Positions 37,751-46,185 of a stretch of DNA of 64,000 nt are shown piece after piece. Each line of letters opens with the position of its first letter. Position 1 is the stretch's first letter. The position numbers and the translations under genes were made by a program. Under the pieces are notes generated by a model. It was not told where the DNA came from, did no database searches, and was given only the letters and a program-made list of their open reading frames with translations. This DNA comes from an uncultured Pseudomonadota bacterium (lineage in GTDB: Bacteria > Oederibacteriota > Muellerivitia > Muellerivitales > Muellerivitaceae): the NCBI GenBank assembly GCA_963836235.1, contig CAWIIP010000004.1, positions 672,001 through 736,000 of the forward strand, in the 5' to 3' direction.

Positions 37751-38767
37751 CTATTTTCGTCGATTAGGGTTTTTTGTTTTTTTCCCGAACCATTTTTGGT
37801 GCCAGGCCCAGGCGGTCTTAAGAACATTGTTCAAGTCCGAATGCTTGGGAGTCCATTTTAAGACTTCCGTGGCCTTGCGGTTATCGGCCACCAATTGGGG
37901 TGGGTCGCCCGCGCGGCGGGGCCCGGTCTTCAATGGGATTTTCCTGCCCGTGACCTTTTCCGTTTCGGTAATGACTTCCCTCACCGAGTAGCCATGGCCT
38001 GTTCCCAAATTAAAAAAGTCGCTCTTGTTCCGTTCCATCATTAGCTTCAGGGCGAGGAAGTGGGCCTCGGCCAGGTCGCTCACGTGGATATAATCCCGGA
38101 TACAGGTTCCGTCGGGCGTGGGATAGTCTTCGCCAAAAACCGTGATGTGGGACCGGCGACCCATAGCCGCGTCCAAGATCAGGGGGATCAAATGGCCCTC
38201 CGGTTCATGAACCTCGCCGACCCGGCTCTGGGCGTCCGCCCCGGCGGCGTTGAAATAGCGCAGGAAGGTGGAACGGAAACCATAGGCCCGGTCATACCAG
38301 GAAAGAATTTTTTCGAGCATCAGCTTGGAATCCCCATAAGGGTTCACGGGGTTTTGGGGATGGCTTTCGGACATGGGCACATGAACGGGGTCGCCATAGG
38401 TGGCGCAAGTGGAAGAAAGGATGAAGTAGTTGACCTTCGCTTCCCGCATCACACTCCAGAGGTTCATGGCGTTGGTCAGGTTGTCCTGGTAGTACTTGGC
38501 GGGATTGACGACCGATTCCCCCACGGCGCAATGGGAGGCGAAATGCATGACGGCGAGGGGTTTGAATTTCTTGAAGGCCCGACGCAGGGCGGTGGTGTTG
38601 GACAGTTCGGCCTTAACTAGGGTGCCTTCCTTCACGGCCCATTTGTGTCCTTCCGAAAGGTTGTCGTAAGCCACCGGGGTAAATCCGTGGGAAGTTGCCG
38701 CCAACATGGCATGGCTGCCGATATACCCGGCTCCGCCGGTGATGAGAATGACAGGTTTATTGGCCAA
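37751..38767 (-). CDS. galE: UDP-glucose 4-epimerase
   Basis: ITGGAGYIGSH, HFASHCAVGESV, YGDSK, LRYFNAAGA, DGTCIRDYIHVSDLA, FNLGTG; TTG start with GGAGG. Confidence 0.93.
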   Translation of the reverse strand: MANKPVILITGGAGYIGSHAMLAATSHGFTPVAYDNLSEGHKWAVKEGTLVKAELSNTTALRRAFKKFKPLAVMHFASHCAVGESVVNPAKYYQDNLTNAMNLWSVMREAKVNYFILSSTCATYGDPVHVPMSESHPQNPVNPYGDSKLMLEKILSWYDRAYGFRSTFLRYFNAAGADAQSRVGEVHEPEGHLIPLILDAAMGRRSHITVFGEDYPTPDGTCIRDYIHVSDLAEAHFLALKLMMERNKSDFFNLGTGHGYSVREVITETEKVTGRKIPLKTGPRRAGDPPQLVADNRKATEVLKWTPKHSDLNNVLKTAWAWHQKWFGKKTKNPNRRK

Positions 38768-38846
38768 GGTCGCCTCCTAGGGGATATGGGCTTTATTTTT
38801 ACCATGAAGGGCGAAAGAGAACGAGCTAAAACGGATTTCTGAGCCG

Positions 38847-41162
38847 TTAACTTTCCTTGATGGTGAATTTCACCTTAGGGTGGACGCCCTTGATCAATTC
38901 CCAGTCCGTGCCGTGCTTGGCGACGATCAGTTTACGAAGGATTTTGTCCTGGGGAAGGGCCAAGAGGCCCTGGGATTCGATCGCCGAACCGTAAACCCGC
39001 AGCTCGATTTTGGACCAGTCCATATCCTGGGTCGATTGGGAAAGGGCCAAATGGGGTAGGACCGCCCCGTTTTTCACCAAAATCACGCAGGGGATGGCGC
39101 CGGCCTTGATCTTGTGCCATTTGCCGCCGTGGTAAAGGGCCTTGGATTGGTAGTCCACCCAAAGTCCGGGCGGCAGATAGACCTCCCTTTCGTTGACCTG
39201 CTCGAAGAGCGGAGCCACCAGAATGTCCGAGCCGAACATATATTCGTCCTCAATCAGCCAGGAAGTGGGGTCCTCGGGATACTCGAAAAAGAGGGTCCGG
39301 AGCATGGGGAAGCCCCTCTTGGCGCTTTCTACGGCCTGCGTGTAAACGTAAGGCATGAGCTTGTATTTCATTTCCACCGACAGCCGGAACTCATCCTCAA
39401 AGGGTTTGCCATAAACCCAGGGTTCCCGGGGTGGCACCCCGTGGCAACGGCTGTGGGAGGTCAGCATGCCGAAGGGTGTCCAGCGGCGGTAAAGCTCCTT
39501 TTCCGCCGGATGCACGAAGCCGCCGATGTCGTGGCTCCAGAAGGAAAAGCCACATAGGCCGAGGGAAAGCCCGCCTCTTAAAGAAGAAGCCATTCCGCCA
39601 AAAGAATCCTCGGCGTCGCCGCCCCAATGCAGGGGATAGCGCTGGCTTCCGGCCCAGGCGCTCCGGGCCCAAATGATATTCTCGCCCGTCACCTGCTTGG
39701 TGATATCCGCGGCGGCCTTGTTGTAGCGCAGGGGATAATAATTATGTTCCGAAAAGCCGGTTTTGCCGGAGTGGTAGACACCTTTGAGGGGGGCCGCCTC
39801 GCCGAAGTCCACCTTGATGGCGCCCACGCCCATCTTCAAAAGCCCAGCCAATTTGCCCTGGTACCACTTGACGGTTTTCGGATTGCTGAAATCCAGGGTA
39901 GCGTCCTCAGTGGGCAGGTTGCCCTTGCCATCGGTGACCGCCAGCTTTTGATCGAGAATTTCCTTGAAGAGGCGGTTTTTGGGATTGAAGTAGGACAATT
40001 GCCAGAGGCTGATCTTAAAACCCTGTTTCGCCAAGTCCTTGATCATCTTAAGCGGATTTTTGAAACGAGAGGTTGAGAATTTGTAATCACAGCGCCAGTC
40101 TTCCTCAAACCAGCCGGTGTCCAGATGGATGACGTCCGATGGGATTTTGTGGTCCCGCAGCTTCTTCGCCACGTCCCTTGCTTCCTTCTCGGATTTGTAG
40201 GTGCAACGGCTCATCCAAAGCCCGAAGGACCAGAGGGGCGGGACGGGGCTTCGGCCCGTCAAGGCGGTATATTCGGAAAGGACTTCCTTGGGCTCTCCCA
40301 GAAAAACAAAGAGGTCCAAGTCCTCGTCGCCGGTAAAGAGGGTGGTGGTCTCGCCGTAGGAATGGCCGAAGTCGAAGGTGGCGGGGTTGGTTGTGTGCAG
40401 GAACATGCCGTAACCCCGGCTGCTCATAAAGAAGGGGACGGGTTTGTACATGCCGTCATGCTGGACGCCGTGGCAATCGTAGGTCCAAAGGACCACCTTT
40501 TGGCCCCGCTTATTGAGCTTGGTGAAGGACTCGCCACAGCCGTAAATTTTTTCGTCATTGGTCAGGCTGAAAGTGGCGGCGAATTGGCGGCCATATTCAG
40601 GGGTGGGGCGCTGGAAGCAGAAGGGCAGGGGGTCGGTATTGCGCAGGCTCCGGTTGTCCTTCAAATGGACGGTCTTGGTCAGGAGTTTGCCCGAGGCATC
40701 GTGGATTTCGATGGCCCAGGGGTTCTCTATTATAGATACAGACCCGGCCTTGCCTTTATAGGTGATGCGGCCCTTGGCTTTGGTGACCTTCCAGGGGCTG
40801 GTGGCCTTGGGTTCGCCATTCAACATGAGGGAAGTTTCTTTAGTTTTTGGGTAGTCACGGCCCTTGAAGCGCAGGCGCAGGGTGCGGTCGCCGTAAAACT
40901 GGATGGAGAAGGGATAGGGTTCCTTCTCGCCGCCATATTCGGCAGGGAATTCCCAAGGTGGATTGGTAATGAGGTTGATGCCTTCCTGGTTGAAGGCCAT
41001 TCGTACCTTATAGGCGTAGCGGCCCCAAAGGATGTCGCCAGAGGCTTTTGCGGCGTCGAATCGGTTGAGTTTCTCGGGGAGGAACATCGTATTTTCCAGA
41101 TTTGAAAAGCTCCGGCTTATGTCCACTGGATGGTTCAACAGAGTGTAAGGATGCTCTTTCAT
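38847..41162 (-). CDS. Cytoplasmic GH31 alpha-xylosidase (YicI-like)
   Basis: No signal peptide; YKPVPFFMS, PPLWSFGLWMS, nucleophile KVDFGE, HWGGD, FWSHDIGGF, SHSRCHG. Confidence 0.9.
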   Translation of the reverse strand: MKEHPYTLLNHPVDISRSFSNLENTMFLPEKLNRFDAAKASGDILWGRYAYKVRMAFNQEGINLITNPPWEFPAEYGGEKEPYPFSIQFYGDRTLRLRFKGRDYPKTKETSLMLNGEPKATSPWKVTKAKGRITYKGKAGSVSIIENPWAIEIHDASGKLLTKTVHLKDNRSLRNTDPLPFCFQRPTPEYGRQFAATFSLTNDEKIYGCGESFTKLNKRGQKVVLWTYDCHGVQHDGMYKPVPFFMSSRGYGMFLHTTNPATFDFGHSYGETTTLFTGDEDLDLFVFLGEPKEVLSEYTALTGRSPVPPLWSFGLWMSRCTYKSEKEARDVAKKLRDHKIPSDVIHLDTGWFEEDWRCDYKFSTSRFKNPLKMIKDLAKQGFKISLWQLSYFNPKNRLFKEILDQKLAVTDGKGNLPTEDATLDFSNPKTVKWYQGKLAGLLKMGVGAIKVDFGEAAPLKGVYHSGKTGFSEHNYYPLRYNKAAADITKQVTGENIIWARSAWAGSQRYPLHWGGDAEDSFGGMASSLRGGLSLGLCGFSFWSHDIGGFVHPAEKELYRRWTPFGMLTSHSRCHGVPPREPWVYGKPFEDEFRLSVEMKYKLMPYVYTQAVESAKRGFPMLRTLFFEYPEDPTSWLIEDEYMFGSDILVAPLFEQVNEREVYLPPGLWVDYQSKALYHGGKWHKIKAGAIPCVILVKNGAVLPHLALSQSTQDMDWSKIELRVYGSAIESQGLLALPQDKILRKLIVAKHGTDWELIKGVHPKVKFTIKES

Positions 41163-41188
41163 GGAATCTCCTTTAGATGACGGCCATT

Positions 41189-43942
41189 TTATTGTGGCAC
41201 GGAACTAATAGTAATAGTGGCACTTTTTAAACTAGGTGATGTCGCAGTTAAGGTTATGTCACCCGCTTTCCCATCCTCTGTTTGTACAACCGCCATACAC
41301 AACCCATTAAAGGCTTTGCGAACGCTGGCTTTATCCGGTTCGTGGCTGGAAGGGTCGCCGTTGGCCACGCCAGCGATATGGCCCGCTCCCGTCACCGTAA
41401 AGGTCACTGGGTTATCGGCGGTCGGCACCACTCGGCCTTGGTCGTCCAGAATTTCCACCGTAATGGGGGTAGCATCCTCGCCATCGGCCCACAATTGATC
41501 CGCGTAAGGCGTCAGACGGATCGAGGCGGGCTCGCCCGTGGTTTCCACCTTGGTCTCGGCGGCATAGACGCCTTTGTTGTAAGCCTTGGCGGTCAGCACT
41601 CCCGGTTCGTACCAGACTTTCCATTCCAAATGGCCGTTCTTCGGCGTTTCCTGTTTGCCCTGCGATTTTCCGTTCAAGAACAATTCCACCAGGTCGTAGT
41701 TGGTATGGACCCAGACGTCGATTTGGCTGCCTTCCTTGCCTTTCCAGTTCCAATGGGGAAAGAGATGCAGGACGGGCTTATCGCTCCACCAGGCTTGGTA
41801 ATAGTAGAAGTTATCCTTGGGGAAGCCGCACATGTCGAGGATGCCGAAATGGGAATTGACGCAGGGCCAGGCATAGGGGGTGGGTTCGCCACGATAGTCA
41901 AAACCCGTCCAGACAAAGCCGCCCGCCATCCAGGGCCGCTCGGCAATGGGTCGCCAGGCGGCTTCGGCGGTATAGGCCCATTCGGTGTGGTTCACGTCGT
42001 AGGCGCTCACATAACCCAGGGTCTGATCCGTCTGATATATGCCTCGCGTGGAAACCGTGCTGGCCGTTTCACTACCGTAGAGGGGGACTTTGGGGTGTTT
42101 GGCGCGGTAGGCTTCATACATATCTACGGCGTAGTTGAATCCCTGAACGTCCACCACGTCGGACAAGCCTCCCGGGCCCCAGCCGTAATTCATGGCGCAG
42201 GAAACCAGCCGGGTCTTGTCCAAGCTCAGGATTTTTTTCTTCATGGCGATTCCCCGTTTTTTGCCTTCGGCGGTGCCTTGAAGGGGTTCCTCGTTGCAGA
42301 TGGACCAAAGGAAGACGCTGGGATGGTTACGATCCCGCAGGACCATGCTTTCCACTTGGCTGAGGGCTTCATCCGAGTCACCCAGGCGGCGGTTCTCGTC
42401 CATCACCAGAATCCCTAGGCGGTCGCAGGCGTCCAACAGTTCCGGAGCTGGGGGATTGTGGGAACAGCGATAGGCGTTGGAACCCATTTCCTTCAGTTTT
42501 TCCAGGCGGTAGGTGAAGAGGCGGTCGGGGATGGCGACGCCAACCCCGGCGAAGTCCTGGTGGTTACAGGTTCCCTTGATCTTGACGGGTTTTCCGTTGA
42601 GGAAGAATCCCTTCTTGGCGTCGAAGCGGAAGGAACGCACGCCGAAGGTGGTTTCAACCTGGGCCAGGTTTTTCTTTCCCTGCTCAATCCGGGTTACCCA
42701 CCGGTAGAGATAGGGGTTTTCCAGCGACCAGAGATTGGCCTTAGGCATCCGTCCCCTTTGGGTGATGGTTTTGGAGTTTCCTTTGGCCAGATTGACCGGG
42801 GTGGAAAGCTTCAGAACGGTTTTGCCCTTGGCGTCCTTGATTTCCGAGACCAGTTTGAAGGAAGCGAAAGCTTCCGCGTGGTTCTCCAGGGTGGTTTGAA
42901 GCTCCAAGGCCGCTGATTTTCCCTGGGGTTTGGCCACCACGTAGGTGCCCCAGGGAGCGACATGAAGGGGGGCGGCGATGTTCAGCCAGACATGGCGGTA
43001 AATGCCCCCGCCCTCATACCACCAGCCCTCTGAATTGCGGGCGTCCGCATGGACGGTCAGGATATTCTTTCCCCCATAGTTGGCGGCTTCGGTAACGTCG
43101 TAACGGAAACCGGTGTAACCGCTCAAGTGATGTCCCAAAAGCTTTCCGTTCAGCCAGACCCGGCTGTCGCGGTAGACGCCGTCAAAATCAATCCAGAGGC
43201 TCTTGCCTTTGGCATCGGCGGGTAGGTCGAAAGTCTTGCGGTACCAGCCTTCGTTTTTGGGAAGGAAACCGTGGGAGGCGTCGCTCTTGGGATCGAAAGT
43301 GCCTTCCACCACGAAATCATGGGGCAGGTGCACCGTAGCCCAATTTTTGCCGACGGCCTCGTTCAAAACCACCGGTGGGACCTTTTCTTCCTGGCCAACG
43401 GTCAAAAGATAAGTTTCCTTTATGTAGCCCCCGCCATAGGTGTTTTCCACCAGGACCGCCAGTTGGTTGGGGCCGCCTTCTTTCCAGACCGAATCGAGAT
43501 TGACGTCGAAGGAGTCGTTCCAGCCCACGTGGTAAAGCAACTTTTGTCCGTTCACATAGACCGTGGCATTGTCGTCCACGGCGGTGAAGTGAAGGAGGCG
43601 GTGGGGTCCTGGGGCGTTGGGAAGTTCGGCCCGGTACCAGGCGAAGCCAGGACTTTGGTTGAAAACATCCTTTCCGTTTTCCGCGTCCTTCCATTCCGAA
43701 CACTTGGTATCCACATCAAGACCCGCCGGGGTCTCGTTCGTGGGCTTGGTTTTCACCGGGCCCATGTAGCGCCAATTGGGAATCATGTAGCCGTTGTCCA
43801 CTTCCGAACCCACGATAGGCCCTAAGTGAAAGCGCCAGTTGGCATCCAGGCTCAGGCGTTGGCGTCCTTGGATTTCGGCGGCGCTCACTTTCATGGGTAG
43901 AACCAACGCAAGGAACAGGAATAGAACTTTTCTAAAGGGCAT
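41189..43942 (-). CDS. Secreted GH2 beta-galactosidase with an inserted jelly-roll domain
   Basis: ATG 43942 after GGAGG; LPHDF, KGTCNHQD, YRCSHNPP, RDRNHPS..WSICNEE (acid/base), YGSET, WTGFDYRGEP. Confidence 0.9.
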   Translation of the reverse strand: MPFRKVLFLFLALVLPMKVSAAEIQGRQRLSLDANWRFHLGPIVGSEVDNGYMIPNWRYMGPVKTKPTNETPAGLDVDTKCSEWKDAENGKDVFNQSPGFAWYRAELPNAPGPHRLLHFTAVDDNATVYVNGQKLLYHVGWNDSFDVNLDSVWKEGGPNQLAVLVENTYGGGYIKETYLLTVGQEEKVPPVVLNEAVGKNWATVHLPHDFVVEGTFDPKSDASHGFLPKNEGWYRKTFDLPADAKGKSLWIDFDGVYRDSRVWLNGKLLGHHLSGYTGFRYDVTEAANYGGKNILTVHADARNSEGWWYEGGGIYRHVWLNIAAPLHVAPWGTYVVAKPQGKSAALELQTTLENHAEAFASFKLVSEIKDAKGKTVLKLSTPVNLAKGNSKTITQRGRMPKANLWSLENPYLYRWVTRIEQGKKNLAQVETTFGVRSFRFDAKKGFFLNGKPVKIKGTCNHQDFAGVGVAIPDRLFTYRLEKLKEMGSNAYRCSHNPPAPELLDACDRLGILVMDENRRLGDSDEALSQVESMVLRDRNHPSVFLWSICNEEPLQGTAEGKKRGIAMKKKILSLDKTRLVSCAMNYGWGPGGLSDVVDVQGFNYAVDMYEAYRAKHPKVPLYGSETASTVSTRGIYQTDQTLGYVSAYDVNHTEWAYTAEAAWRPIAERPWMAGGFVWTGFDYRGEPTPYAWPCVNSHFGILDMCGFPKDNFYYYQAWWSDKPVLHLFPHWNWKGKEGSQIDVWVHTNYDLVELFLNGKSQGKQETPKNGHLEWKVWYEPGVLTAKAYNKGVYAAETKVETTGEPASIRLTPYADQLWADGEDATPITVEILDDQGRVVPTADNPVTFTVTGAGHIAGVANGDPSSHEPDKASVRKAFNGLCMAVVQTEDGKAGDITLTATSPSLKSATITISSVPQ

Positions 43943-44178
43943 TTGGCCTCCCAGTGTGGTTGGTTTAAATCGTGAAAGCGGTGCATGTTGGGCATGAGTA
44001 GGGATTATGCCATTTTCTTTTGGGGCTTCAATGGAAAGCGACAGCTTGATGAGGAGGTATCGATGGAACAAGGTGAAAAAGTTTCACCCTTTTTCGGATC
44101 AAGATAAGCCATCATAAAGTAGAAAAGGCATCGGTTCTTGGCTATGCTTTGCTGGCTCAAAAGAAAGAGGAGGGAAGC

Positions 44179-45471
44179 GTGAAATTGATTTCCCGGTTGT
44201 CCTTATTAAGCCTGGTCTTGGCTCTTGTTTTCAACACCGCTTGCGTCTTTAAAAAGAAAGATAAACCCATTCGGGTTTCGGTTTTCACCGTCGATCCCCT
44301 CCTCATCAAGATTCTCACCGATACCATTACCGGCATCGAAAGCCGCCATCCGGGATTGAAGATCAAAGTCGAGAACATCCCCTATAACGATTATCAAAGC
44401 AAGATCACGGTGGAACTGGCAGCCAATGACGCGCCGGATATCATCAGCGTGGAAGCCAGCCGTTTTTCCGACATGTATTTGCGGGGCGCCTTTGAGGACC
44501 TGACCCCCTATTTCGACAAGGACCACATGGACCGTGCGGCCTATTACCCCTCCTCTCTTGCCCGCTTCAGCCCCAAAGGCGAAATTTACGCTATGCCCTC
44601 CGATATCGCCCCCGTGGGTCTTCTTTATTACAACAAGAAGGTTTTCGACGACGCGAAAGTCCTCTATCCCACCGAAAACCTTTCTTGGCCCGAGCCTTTT
44701 CTTTCAATGTGCCAGAAGCTGGTCAAGCGGGACGCTTCCGGCAAGATCATTCGGTGGGCTTATGTGGACCCTTATGGCACTGAAGCGAACACATTCCTTC
44801 TCAGCGACGGTGGCTATTTCATGGACAGCGAAACCAACCCGACCCGGTTGGCCTTGGACAGCCCGCAGGCCCTAGAGGCCTTCGGGTTCCGTTGGGACAT
44901 GATCTACAAATACCATGTCTCTCCCACGCCCAGCGAGCTCCAGAGTTTCAGCGAAGGCAACCAGGCTGAAGATATGTTCATGAACGGGGAGGCCGCCATG
45001 ATGAATTCCGGCGTGTGGCATACCCCGCACTTCCTCGAAAAGGGCTTGGACTTCGACGTGGTGGAATTTCCGAAAGGCCCCAAAGGCACCCGGGGTTGGG
45101 GATCGGGCGGTTCTGCCTATGCCATCTGGAAGGGTTGCAAGAACAAGGACCTGGCCTGGGAGGTCGTGAAGGAAATAACGAGCGAGGCTCTCTCGACCCA
45201 ATTGGCCCAGACCGGCATGATCCAGCCAGCCTTGGTTAAGGTCGCAAACTCAGACGCCTTCCTGAAAAGCCCTGGCCCTAAGAACAAGAAAATCCTTTTG
45301 GACATGCCGCAATATTCACACTATTCGCCCTTTATCAAAAACTGGGAAGAGATTTGGTTCGGCCAAGTGGGCCCGGCCATGGACAAGTGCTGGCTGGGCC
45401 AGGCCAAGCCCGCAGACGTCCTGCCCAAGCTCAACGCGGATATTAACGCGAAGTATTTCCCCGGGAAATAA
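44179..45471 (+). CDS. Sugar ABC transporter substrate-binding lipoprotein (family 1)
   Basis: GTG after GAGGAGG; lipobox FNTAC; APDII, LYYNKKVFD, FMNGEAAM, GGSAYAI. Confidence 0.88.
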   Translation: MKLISRLSLLSLVLALVFNTACVFKKKDKPIRVSVFTVDPLLIKILTDTITGIESRHPGLKIKVENIPYNDYQSKITVELAANDAPDIISVEASRFSDMYLRGAFEDLTPYFDKDHMDRAAYYPSSLARFSPKGEIYAMPSDIAPVGLLYYNKKVFDDAKVLYPTENLSWPEPFLSMCQKLVKRDASGKIIRWAYVDPYGTEANTFLLSDGGYFMDSETNPTRLALDSPQALEAFGFRWDMIYKYHVSPTPSELQSFSEGNQAEDMFMNGEAAMMNSGVWHTPHFLEKGLDFDVVEFPKGPKGTRGWGSGGSAYAIWKGCKNKDLAWEVVKEITSEALSTQLAQTGMIQPALVKVANSDAFLKSPGPKNKKILLDMPQYSHYSPFIKNWEEIWFGQVGPAMDKCWLGQAKPADVLPKLNADINAKYFPGK

Positions 45472-45585
45472 AAGGCAGAATCTAAGCCGCGAATCAACGC
45501 GATTAACTCCAAAAAACTTTAGAATGAAGTCTTTGTCTGCGAAAATCGCCGTAAATTTGCGGCTGAATTCTGTTAAGGTGTTTTC

Positions 45586-45978
45586 ATGCGTAAATCTTTC
45601 CTTGTCCTAGCTATTCTGATCACCGCCCCCTTGTTCGCCGGGCAAGGGGTTATCAAGACCCTTCAAAAGCGGATCAAGAAAGACCGCAAGGACATCCTGT
45701 TCTACATGACGGAGATCAAGGACCTGCAGGTGCAGTTGAAAAAGGACAAGGCGAAGGCGGCTAAGTATTCGGACCAAGCCGAGGCCGAAACGCCAACCGG
45801 GGCGAGCCCCCAAACGCTTGGAGGTCCAACCCCCGTTCCCAGCAAAGCGGATAAGTGGAACGCCAAGGTGGCCAAGGAAAGCGCTTCGATTGATAGCGAC
45901 CGGGCTTTACAAGCAAAGGCGCAGAATGATCTAGCCCAAGCCAACACGCAGTTAAGCGCCATCCTCCCAAAACATTAA
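45586..45978 (+). CDS. Secreted hypothetical coiled-coil protein
   Basis: Signal peptide ...PLFA; two helical segments joined by a Pro/Thr linker. Confidence 0.65.
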   Translation: MRKSFLVLAILITAPLFAGQGVIKTLQKRIKKDRKDILFYMTEIKDLQVQLKKDKAKAAKYSDQAEAETPTGASPQTLGGPTPVPSKADKWNAKVAKESASIDSDRALQAKAQNDLAQANTQLSAILPKH

Positions 45979-45995
45979 AAATTTCAAAAAAATTA

Positions 45996-46044
45996 ATTTG
46001 AACCACGACCCCTTGGCTAAAAGCCAATGGGTCGTGGTTCAAAT
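45996..46044. repeat. Long near-perfect inverted repeat (terminator or REP-like element)
   Basis: ATTTGAACCACGACCC-C-TTGGCT-AAA-AGCCAA-T-GGGTCGTGGTTCAAAT. Confidence 0.7.
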
Positions 46045-46185
46045 GGGTTTGGTTTTTACTATCAAAACATTCTGAAACTTCATTTCACTCTGTTACATCC
46101 GTCGTTTTCTCCCGTCTGATTTGAAAAGCCAATCCACCTTGATTTCGCTAAGATAAGCCTCCCAAAATTTACTCAAGGAGATTCT

